DNA from: Trichoplax adhaerens
Taxonomy: Eukaryota; Animalia; Placozoa
Assembly (NCBI RefSeq): GCF_000150275.1
Contig: NW_002060957.1
Location: 537,968 to 601,967 of the forward strand
Reading direction: 5' to 3'
Length of the DNA: 64,000 nucleotides
The position numbers were made by a program, and so were the translations under genes. Below, piece after piece: positions 15,035 to 28,482 of this stretch. The notes under the pieces were generated by a model. That model was given only the letters and a program-made list of their open reading frames with translations. It made no database searches and had not been told where the DNA came from. Every line of letters starts with the position of its first letter. The stretch's first letter is position 1.

Positions 15035-18000
15035 TTAACTACTAATGCTATTTGGTACATTTTTTGGATGAAGGTACTTATAGCTCAAATGGCCATTGGC
15101 AACATTGGCGTTATTTCTAGCCACTAAATTAGCTTGAATGGTATCAATGCGAGCCTTGAATTCGAAGACCAACTCTTCAGCATCGCTATCTGCCATGCTA
15201 GCTGCATAATCGAACAAACTATCGAAATGTAATGAAGCCAAGTTGAAGCCAACTTCTACATGAGTCTAGGATAGAAGAAATAAATATTAGAGATAAATTT
15301 GTTATTGCGAAATATTAGTACTGGAAAGCTAATGAGGTAAAGTAAATGATGACCCTATAGTACTTTAGCTGTGGTTAATTATTATTATCTTGTTCAAGAA
15401 TGTAGAGTGTTACTAATTATAATTGTAATTATCCTGAAAAATTTAGTATCAAACCTTGTACTATTGTTTACAGTTAAACTCATAAAATTTGAAATTTTGC
15501 CGATATTGTTTGTCTACTAACGTCGCAGATTCTAATGATAAATGCTTATTGGATAATTATACTTACTAAAGATTGGGTCTTGGTTGGGAATTTTATTGGG
15601 TCAAATCCTGTTACACCGTCCACGTTATAAATTTTACCAGGCATATTAGGTAGAAAAGTGCCATATTCAATGACTGGAAAATTAACTGCTGCATGTTGGC
15701 AAGAAGAAGACCAAACGAATTTATGCAATACATCGATGACTTGAGCTTTTGTAGTGAAAGATTGAGGGAAGTCGCGTAACTACATATTTAAGCGAGACGA
15801 TACCAGTTTAAGTAAGTAAGTAATGATAACGAATTATAGTTTTTTTGTAGTCTCTGAATACTATTAACATCAGTTCATATATTGCAATAAAGTTTAGCTT
15901 TAAAATACATAGCTCTAGGTGACTCAAAATGACACTGGATACAGTTATTACTCACTTTGCCTTTGCCTGAGTCTGGAGTACCTGTAGCACCTAAAGCAAT
16001 TTCGTTTGCCCAACGTTGCATTTCATGATCGGCAACTACAGTTGCATCATCTACATAATATCTGAGAAAATTAATTTGTAAAATTAGAATCGAAGGTTAT
16101 TGTATTTGTTCCTCCAGGTCAGTTGTCTATTAAACTTACAGGTTAACGTAATCTCGTATAAAATCACCAATAGCTTTATATAATTCTAGCCCATCATCTC
16201 GGTAAGGAAAGAAAGGAAGTGCTTGCTTATCCAATAATCCAGATTTCTAACTCATGATAAATATAATATATAGCGACTTAAATTAGTATATACTACAAAA
16301 CGTTGTACTCAATTAATGGTAGACTGTTCAGTGATTCGATAATACAAATTTTTATATCATTATAAACTAGATATTGCTGCTTAAGTGCCCAGAAGGTGAT
16401 GCTTTTAACCAAAGCTAGCAGAATCGTTGTCTTACTAAGCAATTACTACAAGCAGCTTCAGTTATAATTCTATTGCTTAATATAACAGTTAGGTCAATTT
16501 TTTTCGGTAGTGAACGATAAGTACTTCAATATTTTGCGTTTAATATATTGTAGCACAAAATTTATTCAACTCGTTAAAAAATAGTTAAGCTCAAACCTTT
16601 AATCGATAATTAGGGTCGTGATTATTAAATGACCAGGTATTAAATCCATTATTTATAACGTCATTTTGTCCCTTGAATCCAACAGTCAGGATTCTGTCCA
16701 CTCTACCACCGAGTGGTATTAAGCTTAATTCGCCAACTTTATTCGTAGTCAATGTTCCTCTACAATGTTGGCGAATAAGTTGGCCCACAGGATGTGTTAT
16801 TGGTATATTTCGTTTACCTGATACACATAAGGGATCGTTGACTAGATGAGTATGCAATAAATGTTCTAATAATTCAGCGGTAGTAAAAGCGGACATTTGA
16901 ACTAAAATTTTAGCAATGGTCCAGTTATCGCCATCATCTGGTGTATATACTGGCGAATTTTGAGTACTATTGATCTGAATAGCAACAGGCAAAAATTCTC
17001 CATGGTTGACGTCCGGATTTGAAACAAAGATTGCAATTGGCGACATTAAAGTCATCATAGTTCTACCATCATTTGGTATTTCTTCAAAATCGGGGCTGGT
17101 TCTTATTCCTCTAAGCTCAGGAAATTCTGATACGTATACCCTACCATCTTGCACAGCCTTAAAAGTATAAAAAACAGCAAATTATAATTATGCGCAAGCA
17201 TACAATTGAGATTTAGATAGAACTGATAGGGAAATACAGTAATCTTTATTTACTTACATCAACAAAGGTATTACTATAATAAGGCGAATTAGAAGCCAGT
17301 TTGGATCGAATTGCTTTCTTCCACTTGAATGATGGGTTTAGAACGGATTTTAAGGTTGAGATCTTAACGCCATTTAAATTAGCAGCTACAGATGATACAT
17401 AAAAATATTAATAGAATCCAATCATGCTATCAAAAATCATTGAGAAATAGCATGATACCAAAATAGCCCTTATTTTTATATCAAGTAGTCACCTTTTTGA
17501 CATAATATTTTTCTCAAAGGCCAGAAACAGAAACTGTATCTTAATTTTAAGCCAGATTGAGTAAATCCAGCTGTTAAACATCGACGGAATGCACTAGGTT
17601 GATTGCTGGCACCCACAACTGGAGTGCCATCGGGCCATGTACCGTTACCGCCGTCAACATAAACGGGGACAGAAGCAAATTTATATCGCTTATTTACTTT
17701 AGCGGCTTCCTGTGAATCCGATAGATCTGCTAGATGGCTGATATGGCATTCGCAGACATGTTTTGCAGCATTAAAATTGCTGTAAGGGTATCCACGGAAC
17801 ATTCTATAGCAATTCTCTCCAATTAACGTCCATCCTCGTGGACAAGCTAAAGAAGAACAGACATTGCTTTAAAATTGATCGTGCTCAAGGCTAACTGAAA
17901 ATAATTGAAAGGCTAATATTATTGTAGTAAGGCCCAAACTATACTTTAAATGAAAATTCTACTAACTACCAATACTTTGGTTAATGTAAAGAATGTTTTT

Positions 18001-21000
18001 GGTTATATATCAGGCAGTATACCGAATCTATACAGTCACCTAAAGAAGATCAAGAAAGCATGATACTTACGCTTGCCGATAACGCGCTTCACGGGGAATG
18101 GATTTAATCCGGCAATTTGCTGCTCTGCAAATACACGATCATCTTGCCACATATCAATAATTAAATCATTGATATTAGTTGGGACATTTCCTTGGTCCTA
18201 CGTATGTGAGAAAAGCATTACAAGAATTGATTCTCAATCGATAGAAAACATTACAATCATTGTCTATTATCAAGTGAGAATGTCGTAAAGGTTCCCCATT
18301 TTAATACTGATATTAGAGATTACTTCTATACACTTACCACATGAAACATATAGAAGAAGAAAAATAATTCTCGCCAATCTGAAATACTAGAAAATTCCCG
18401 GACAGAATTATTTCCTAGACTTAAGTAAGTCTGGACTAATTGTCCGTTGGTTCCCAATATAAAAAAGTATTGATTTAACCAAGGTGCTTCAAAGGGGTCA
18501 CTGGCTCCAACACCAAAAGCCGTTGGTGGATCGATGTCCCATAATGGAGTAAGTAATACATCTAAATCACGACCAGAGTCATTAAAATTAGGCGTAGTAC
18601 GGATTTTATAAATAACACGATTAGTAGCTAATTCTGTTTGGCGCTGGATGGTACAGTTGGGGCTAGCATTTTGCGGCAATGCTACTGGACAGGTTTGGCT
18701 AGTCGATCTTTTGCTATGTTGTTCAGCATCGCGATCGAATAAATTATTGTCAAAATTTTCTTCACTTCCAACGTCGATATCCGCTGCCCAACGTGTGAAT
18801 TGATCAAAAGGCGATCCTAAAGTTTCAATAAATTCAAGGAAAATTTTGCAGAATGAAAAGTTGATGCAATCCGTCTTGAATTATGATACTCTCTATCTGA
18901 TCTAAAAATCATGATCTCTGCATCTATATCCGTTCGTTATAGTAAATGAAATATGACTGATATCGCCGCAATACTTAAATTAACAATTACTGACTTTTGT
19001 ACCTAACGTAGTCTAAATTTAGATAAGATGAATTATGGAAGCATCATACTAGAAAATAGTAGAGATGGAATATGAATTAAGAGTGCAAGTTACTTTTTTT
19101 TCCATTCGTCGCATTATAAGTTGTTGATTGACATCCTCTATAGCCCAAGACGCATAAGCACTTATCTGGCTTATAACAAGATTCCTTATTGCCACAGGGT
19201 ACCTTGCAAGTTGCTAATTATAGAATAAATGAATCAATAAATGACTAATGAATTGAGCACATTATTTTAGAATCATTAAGCAAGTAAATTTCAAGCTATT
19301 GAGATTTTTGATCGCAAAACTGAGACTAGAAATAGTCCTACGCAAACAAAAATGGTGGAAAGGATTGAATCATGAGTGTTAAAAGTTGAGGTAGATTATA
19401 TTACAGTTACGCTTAATTAGACGAAATTACACATAAATCATCTATTTTATCTTAAATACCATAGCTTACAGGAAAAAGGAGATCGCAATCAATACGATAC
19501 AGAAATTTAACGCTGCACAAGATTGTCTATTTTAAGGCTACGCTTTTGATTGGTAATTGAATTTTAGAAGTACAAAAATTTTGCACTATTGAGACTGAAA
19601 TTCACTGCAGAGTTTAGTCATCTATTTTCTTCCGGATTATTGTACAAAGTGTGAGCACCGCATACTATTGCACTTACGAATAAAGCAAGGTGCATTTCCT
19701 TCTCGATTACCGCCGGCCCTTGTCCAGCCATCGCAGCATCGAAATTTTGTAGCCCTAGCAATATAGTCTTCCTCATCAAAGAATCGGTCGCTGATGCTAT
19801 GGTAAGCTCGCCTAAAATAAATTTTCAAAGTATGACATTTATATTACTTTCTATTATTAATTCAATGCCAATCAATATCACGAATTTCGCGTATTATTTC
19901 CCACTCCACTAAAAGTAATTATAAATACTTGGCAAACTGTAAGCTTAAATAAATCTCGATATTAGGATTGAGCTCAGCCTATATGTACTATAGAATGGAA
20001 GTTTAAACTCTGAGATATTATCGAAGGTATTCAATACTAAATCATATCTGTGTCATGATAAAGGTAAGAATAAGTTGGCCAATTTTTCACAGGATCCTAT
20101 TACAACATACGATTTGACTTTTGCTAAGTGTAATATTATAATTAGCATGTTACTCACACTGTAACGCTGTAATATTTATTTCTTCTTAGTCTAAACTGTA
20201 ATTATTGTAGTGGTTATCTACCTAAAACTGAACTTACTGCTTGAGCACATTTCAGTAAATGATCACTTTTGTTTCACTAATGATCAATACTACCACAGTT
20301 ATTACCGCATTCATTGCTACCGCTTATCGATGTCTAATCTTAATTATACCGGAAGCTGTCCAGTTTACTACTGCCATTAAAACTAGATACATCTAACTTT
20401 GCAAAATCTGCGATCCAATTTACTGATTAACCTGCCAATAGAATGTATTTTAATCATGATTGATTAAATACTAGAACAAGATATTTTACAATATCATTAG
20501 TACTATACCACTGTGCAATCAACTCTTGCGACAATTTTAGCCCCTTTTCTATACAGATAAAAGTAAATAATTTGGAATGGTGGTTTACCAGTTTGACGCC
20601 CATGCTAATAAATTTAGTTTAGCCAGCATACAATGGAATTATTTACATGGATAGTGTAATACGTTAAATTTTAGGTAATGTATGCACATATTTAGTGAAT
20701 TTTATGGCATTTACCGGTATTAATGCATGTTGTAAACTAATTACGATCGATAATAATCGATACCAGCGCGGTATAATATCCGCATATGCTAGTTATAATT
20801 AGAATTATCCATTAAATTGTTTTCAAATTTTAATAATACTAAGATTAATAACAGTAAAATTATAATTATTAACTTTTATACGAAGAAAATCAAGAAGAAC
20901 ATTAAAGCTAACATCAAAATGGTTGATAGCTTCAGTTGAAAACTTACTTGGCAGTATAAGAGCAGACATTGACATTGACGGAACCACTACTGTTAAGACA

Positions 21001-23850
21001 ATGAATAAATAGATGCTATTATTTAACATTTCCATCATCTATAAATAATAACTTTGTCTTCTATTTGTAATAGACCAATTTTAATTGATAAACTATAAAT
21101 GAAAAATTATTCTTTGCGTCACCATTGAATTATTAAAATAGGCTATTTTATGATGAAGTTGAGAAAACAGTCGCTTATAAAAGCCTAACAAATCTGATAA
21201 CAGTCACCAATTTTACAAATATACAGTATTCACAAAAAGATCGTTAGTAATTAACATTCAATATCATTATTTATTGCTAATGTGGAGCATTAGTAATCAA
21301 ATAGATAAATTCTACAGTATTGCTGTTATTTTGAACGGTGGTAATTACTTATTCCGGAAAGCAGAAATTATTTGGCCGATGTAACTAGTTATTTGCAAGT
21401 ATAAGTGGCGTTTTAGCTATTATTACTGAATAAATCCAGAATTTTCTTCTATGATGTGTAAATTAATTGGGCCAATGTAACAAGTTATTTGAAAATATTT
21501 ACTGTGATTTCACTCTTATGATAATATACTCGTAGGATCACTATTTTTCTTCCATGACAGGTAAATTAATTGGCCAATTGAACTGGTTATTATCCGCAAT
21601 CCATATTACTTTTCAAATTATCGTGTTTTCCATTTTATTTTGCTGATACGTCCTTAATTAGCGGTTTTAAAATTTCAGCTGTATCATGACGCTGCAGCAA
21701 TTAAGTGAACAATAATACACGGATTTAAGCTATGCTTTAATAATTTTAACCACTTTCTACAGTTGGCTTTAGTAGTAGTTTTAGAGTTCATTCCACGTAC
21801 TTGACGACTGATCTTGATTTGATTCATTACAATTTAATGTGTTCTAGAATAATACTTATGTATCATTTACTACAAATTGATGATAGTTATTATTTCGAAG
21901 TATTGTTTGAAATAAATTATGAATAATGATCTTGTATCATTTAAAGTAATTGGATGATAACTGTTGTTCCAAATTGTTTTTTGAACGCGTTATACAATAA
22001 TAATTATGAATTATTGAAATCATAAATGCAATGACTGCTGTTTCCAAATGTTGTTTATGCACATTAGGGAAAAATGAAGATAACGGTATAGACAATCATA
22101 ACATTCTATGCATAATCTAAATTTAGTTATAATTATTCTCGCATCGCGGTAAATGATGGAGTAAGTTAAAAATAATCTTAATAGATTAATATGAATCGAC
22201 AATATATGGAAATATTATGTTATGAATAAATAATGTTAATTTGTTTCCATGATTTATAAAGGTGTTGTGATTTCAGCTAATTATAGTATTATTGTGTTTT
22301 GAAAATGTAATATCGATATGTAGTAATCACTATGTAGTAGAGAATAATCGTTTATGCTTAATAAAGCAACTGTGGATGATAGGGGTTAAAACCATTCATT
22401 AAAGAAATTAAAGGAATTCTAGATGACAGGGTTAAAACCTTTCATTACAGAAAATTTTATTGTTATAACTTATGCTCGATGTAATTTCAATTTAAAATAA
22501 TGTACTGGTAATTCGATGATGTCTAGAAATACCTTGATGCGATGTAATAAATCCAAATCAATAGCACTGATTCAAGCTAAGGATAGTAAAAATCTCTGAA
22601 CTAATAAATTAAGTAAACTTTTCGACTATGTCTAATTTGCACAAAATAATTTGCATTAAAAGTTTTAATTGCGATCGATAGATAAAACATTTATCTTTCG
22701 ATTTCTCTTCTCTGGTCGGAGTTATTACTTTGAGCTTTTGATCATTACATAAGATCAATTAGTTCACAATTAGAATGTGATATTTATTATCATTAATTAC
22801 TCATAAGAATTGGTTTTAATCACAAATGATCTCAATTAAAAAAAATTTACTGGTCTATATTAGTCCAGTTTGACATGATTGTCATTTGCAAAAAAGTTAT
22901 CTAGTAGTGATTTAAAATCTTATTTATTGCCTTCAGACTCAAGTTGGCTTTGATCAAGTACGATACCTATCTAATCAGACTTGATATAATCTGGCTTTTT
23001 AGACATTAAATGATATTAATTGGATGCATTTTACTATCATTTCCTTATCTGGTATGAAATATCCAATTACAACTTCTACTATATTTAGTGGGCAAATAAA
23101 AAAATGGTAGTTCCGTATGCTATCCATATCAATACCTAGCTATAACTTCTACCTTTTTAGCTATCAATAAAGCTATTTATATTCGATTTATTCACTGGCC
23201 TAATAAAAAATAGGATAATTCTGTATGCTATCCTTGACAGTAGCTAAATATAAATTAGATGATTATTATATAATCGAGAGGCCAATTATACGCTGCTTTG
23301 ATTTCATTTTGAAGACTACCTCATTTCTGTTTTATTGTCTGCTTTTACCAACAAAATTATCTTTTAGCCATAATATAGTCATCTTTCAATAAAAGTTACT
23401 GTTATTTGGAACTGTGTTAACTTTAAAATTACCTTTTGTGTAAAAATTGGTTAGTTAAGAAGGTATAAAAATAGGATAGCATCTTAAATGCTATCGCTAG
23501 TTGTTATCATCGTGATAATTTCTAATCAAACTTTCATCCAGATTCGAGTTCTTTTTATTTGCTGTTATTTTCCTACTAATTTCTGCTTTCGTTATAATAT
23601 TAAGGTGCAATTTTAAAATAAACTAGACCACAATTTTGCTTTGGTGTTAACCACAGCTACATGTATTAAGTGATTAGACTAAAGACGCTTCTAAAATGGG
23701 GCTATTAACCTGGCTACAACAAATAAGAACAATCATACTAATATAACCAGATCGATCTTTCTAAGTAGACAATTTGATACTGTATAGTAGACTTTACCTT
23801 TGGGAAGCAGTGGCTAAGGCTACTAAGAGTAGAAAGTATCCAAGATTCAT
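15035..23850 (-). CDS. Secreted lipoxygenase, paralogue B (signal peptide-EMI-EGF-LOX with inserted C-type lectin domain), complete
   Basis: Exons: 23850-23798 (MNLGYFLLLVALATASQ), 20989-20948 (SGSVNVNVCSYTA), small EMI exons at ~20431-20398 and 20195-20158 (less certain), 19811-19678 (FRCCDGW..APCF), 19213-19094 (EGF-like CKVPCGNKESCYKPDKCLCVLGYRGC), 18816-18338, 18197-18071 (WQDDRVFAEQQIAGLNP), 17846-17493 (CTLD), 17385-17258, 17157-16597 (ELLEHLLHTHLVNDP), 16246-16140 (FPYRDDG), 16061-15956 (YYVDD..V..DHEMQRW), 15779-15567 (SCQHAAVNF), 15265-15035 (..YLHPKNVPNSISS-stop). Confidence 0.92.
17493..17846 (-). other. C-type lectin-like domain exon (354 nt, phase 1-1) inside LOX paralogue B
   Basis: CPRGWTLIGENCYR..NFNAAKHVCECHISHLADLSDSQE..VYVDGGNGTWPDGT..RCL..FC..ILCQ; same length, phase and insertion point as in paralogue A. 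Confidence 0.9.
21365..21595. repeat. Three degenerate direct repeats (~100-bp spacing) in intron 1 of LOX B
   Basis: An AAATTAATTGGCCAATGTAAC.AGTTATT-like core occurs at ~21365, ~21460 and ~21563. Confidence 0.55.
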
Positions 23851-23955
23851 GTTATCCGTTATTTTCTCGCTGAGTGCTTGCTATGATGACCAATCACCCG
23901 GTCGTTGTGGAACAACGCAGAGGATGTTTATGAAAATGACAGTGGTTAGATCCTG

Positions 23956-23963
23956 TATTTATA
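23956..23963 (-). promoter_or_regulatory. Candidate TATA box of LOX paralogue B
   Basis: TATAAATA on the minus strand about 106 nt upstream of the ATG at 23850, in a locally GC-richer context. Confidence 0.45.
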
Positions 23964-26900
23964 GTGGTAGATGAAAATCAGCGTAATTTATTATCGCCTC
24001 TAAGGGCATTGATGTACGGAAGTTTACTTTACGCTATTTCTTCATTATCATCAATAATTCATAATATTGACATTTAATTGTTATTCCGATCTGTCAGCAA
24101 TGATTTGTATTCTTGATATCTTAATAATTCATTTTAAGATTCAATTTGATGAAAAATTATCTTGATCAATTTCTCAGAATTAATGACAAAGTTGGTCTTC
24201 CTATGCTGGCAAAATGTTTTACCTTCTTTTTTCGCATTTTAAGTTCATTGCTACATATTATATAACTTTGGAAGCTGTAATTAAGGTGCAGATAATTGGC
24301 AGTAGCCTATTTTGATTTCTTCCTGTGTTTCTGTATGATTTGAATGACTATTCTTTATCTAATGCATATTATTAGCTTATTATCGTTATGATTTCTTCAA
24401 TAGTCTGATCATGACGGCTTGCTTGCGTCCTCAGATGGATTCTGCTTTAATTATAAATTAGAATCTGGATGGATTAATTGTAGCTCAGTCAATATTGCAT
24501 TGGGGTTGTCAAGCGGATGCAAAAATGAAAATTTAAATAAAAAAATCCTCCTGGTCTTTCATTTAGCGTGTAAGAATAAGTAGAGTCTGACCTTTAAGCT
24601 TTGTGGCGATTTAATTGCTATGCTAAGCTAATCGTAAATATTTCTTGACGACATCATAGGTGTGATATTCATCTGACGAATATCGTAAAAGGAATCCAAT
24701 ATAGCAAATAAATAGAATAGAAATCTCTTCATATCGTGTTGTCCCTACAAAGAATATTAGGTATACAATTTTAATCGAATGAATAGTAAACAAAGCCTCG
24801 CTTGTGTGCTATACCGCTTAGGCTTTGATGGTAAGGAATTGCAACAGATTCATGCGACTTATTATATATCATTATGCATTATCTTGAACAATTAATGCCA
24901 AATATAAAAAGATTGCAAGTATATTAATACTTATTCTGATTTTGTAAAATCTCATATATAAAGTAATTAACTTCATGTGAGTAAAATTTAAAATCTGTTT
25001 AGGTGTTGGAGTGTGAGCTAAGATGTATAAGAATTTTAAACTAAAAGTTAGTTATCTCGCTTCAGTAGTTAAAATCGCTGATTATCTAGATTTAAAATAG
25101 TTGTTATTCCGGACAGTAGGCCATTCATTAATAATTTACCAGATAACATTGTTACTTAGCTACTAATAAAGGATTCAGGCAGTAGCTCACAGTTAATCTA
25201 CTCCTAGTAATAAATCACATTTCCAATAACTTCGATCAAGGATTGCTTTATTAATCGCATCTGCGATCGTTATTTATTTAAAATATTACTATGCAAACGT
25301 CGTGGCATCGGTGATTATTTCTTTAGGATCTTGGTAAATGAATAAACATGTTTATTTCTGTAGCAGAAATAAATGAAGTGGCAATAAGTGAAAAAATGAA
25401 TATTATAATAAAATTTAGTGTTAGTGAGCAGCTATAAGTTATTAAGTAGAGAAGTATATTTTTGCTTAAAATAGATTCATTGGTACTTGTCTAAGTACTC
25501 TGGTTCTACTCAATGAATTATTCGGAAAATCGAATTAGTTTAGAATAGATAAAATAGCATTTGAGTATTGAAGATTATTCCTGCAGGTATTTTATATTTT
25601 GATTGTGTAATAGATCAAACTATGTGAGTAAGCTACAATTTGTTACCATAGATATCACAATATAAGTGTAAATAATGAATAAATCTGTTAGAAATAGCTT
25701 AAAATGCTATTCCAATCTGATATTGGCCTAAACTTCTGGAGATGTAATCGGTGGATTACATTAAGATCTGTCATGAGCCTAAGGCCTCGATCGATGTTGA
25801 CAATTTTATCCAGATATACGTGCTATTACAACAATTACTTTAAGTAAAGAAAGAGAATATTGTCTCATAAAACGAAATTATAATTAAAATGTAGAAAGCA
25901 TGTGAAAATATTATCTCATACATCTAAATTATAATCGAAGTTCAATCAGAATATGAAATTCATAAGTATTTAGTATAAGTCAGGGTGCAATTTAATACCA
26001 GTTTGATTGATCAAAGTTTTTGCTGTAATTTGTCTTGCTAATACTGCTATAAGTCATAACTTAGAACAGCTCTTTCATACGCAGTCAACTTAAAGATATT
26101 TCGTCTACTTATAATTACACATAATATCTAATTTATGTGATGTCAAGATTATTCTAGTTGATAATAGAGAAAAATTGTATGATCTATAATTAATTACTGT
26201 CTAGCGATCCGATAACATAAATATCTAGTTTTTTTGGTTCCTATGCATAGAAGTTCGATTTTGCAGTCTGTTATCATGAATTGTATAGATCAAGATCCAC
26301 AATTTTTTATTAATTCGATAATCTCCCTTTCTTTTCGATGCATACGTGTTTGTGCATATTGCTTTTACGATAATATTGCTAAATTTTAACTACGGACTGA
26401 TTTGAGACTGCTAAATTGACGATAGTTGACTTTAGAAAACACAATTCTATTCAGAGGATCAATTTTCTCGTCTCTTTCCTCTCTTTTTCTATGTATTGTC
26501 ATAAATTAGATATAAGTTAATTTTTCGATATTGTACCAAGAAACAGGGAGATAAGAAAATAATTTATCCATTTTTGTTTCTATTTCTGTTACATTCGTAC
26601 TTACGTTGATCGGTTATACTAACGAATATCTTGCTTAATAGTGCCAAACTAACTCAATACCGTATGATACTGTCGCAATTAGAATCCAAGATAGAAATAT
26701 CTTAAGAAATTTTTATCTCTTTTTGGGCTAATTATTGTTTTCATTTACAGATAAATCTGCTTATTTCTTCGATAAGTGGCTTTTTGTAGCTTTTTTAATG
26801 TATCATCGTCTCTCGAGTTAATAGTAAGGGAGAAATTTTATTACGTACGCCTTAGACGATATTGCGAGCTGCAATTTATCGATTAACCAATTAATGAATG

Positions 26901-28482
26901 AACTAATCAATCAATTCGATTTACTTTTAAAAGCCATCTAATTGAAGCTAATTTAAAATTAAATGATGCAAATCTGAAATTGAAAACGTAAGTAGCTACA
27001 GCATTTTCATGAATATTAATATTAGGCGTAACAACTTCTTTTCGAATACTTTAATTGTTCAATCGCTTTGACCTGTAATTAACTGCCTTATTTTCAGTCT
27101 GTAAGCCCTTAAAATAAAATAATCTATAAATAGATTTATCGAATTGGTGAATAAACGATCTAGTTAAAAATTAGAAGCCTTGTTCATAATATTATGGTAC
27201 TGCAATTTAAAAAGGCTTGATTATTAATCTACTAAGGTCATCTAAATCAGGAACGTAGCTTATGTAGAATCTACCATCGTAATAGGATAAGTTAATTTGT
27301 GTATGAGATGACGTAAGATAGGATGGTTTTAAGACCTTGACAATTGCTAGCCAGCTTTGATCATACTGTATTTTGATATTTAGACCAAATAGCAATAATA
27401 AATAATGTAATCGATCTCTTCAGAAGAGTAATTTTGATTAGAGTTGAAAAGTAGCAATAGTAACAATGTTGTTAAGATCGGTCAATAGCCAAACTGCTCT
27501 GATTATCAATTATAATTTTATGTCAAGATAAAATCGCAATGATAAATTGATCGCATTATAAAATGCTATTTAGATCCATTAATTTTACTCCAATACCTTG
27601 CTATCTACAATCAAGGAAACTGAAATATGAACTTGATTACTTTATAGCTAATTGTGAGCTGTTTAAATCCTTTTTCTTGAATGATTTAAAGATATACTGG
27701 CTTATTCTTTAACGGTATGAATCTAATGCCATTGAGCCTATAATGAAATTTATATAAATATTTTAAACCAGCTTTCAGTCTATCATGAAGGCTCATTTGA
27801 TTTATGAAGCTAAGATAGAATAATATATATATATGGTTATATATTATTGATAACTTTGCTGGCATATCATTTTAAGATTGAACGATTGTCAAACCTGTTG
27901 TGCTCTACATTAATATTTTATTCGTGCTATCGATCATCCTTACCTTTCATCATTAATACTTATTAATCAGTTCCGGTATGGAAATTTACAGATTTAATTG
28001 GCAAAATAATGGCAGTATCTCTAATTTTCCTTCAAGTTAAAAAAGAATTAGATCCGGATGATAATTAGATAGGTCGAATGAGGATAATTAACGGCTTAGA
28101 TTAACAAAATCCTTTATCTTTACTTTATAACGGAAGGTGATCTGGAATAACCTACCGTATATTTCGTCCATTTATCAAATGATTTTACATAAAATAACGT
28201 TAAGAAGGAAATTATTGGTATTAATGTTTACCAATAATATTAATAAAACGATCTAAAATTACCATGTTGATATTATTTAACTTATTATTTCATGAACATC
28301 GTACAAATTTTAGACTGATTAAATTTGACTGATGGCGATAGCTGATATGTAAACCTGAATAGTACTAATTTTCATATTATGCGAATGTTATCTCACGAGT
28401 ATTGATTCCATCAACATGGTTTATTTGAGTAATTATTTAGAAGAAAATCTATATATTATGCTATAAAATTTGATAGATTGCG

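Noticed and set aside
19094-19213. Idea that the neighbouring GT61 enzyme O-GlcNAcylates the LOX EGF domains as a functional cluster
   Set aside because: The EGF C5-C6 segments (CVLGYRGC; CVGIYSDC) do not fit the EOGT consensus C5xxG(Y/F)(S/T)GxxC6, and proximity alone is not evidence.
20823-21038. ORF MMEMLNNSIYLFIVLTVVVPSMSMSALILP as the LOX B signal peptide
   Set aside because: Its donor phase gives a stop in the next exon. Another frame of 20989-20948 encodes the EMI NVC motif with phases matching paralogue A, and a phase-compatible signal exon exists at 23850-23798.
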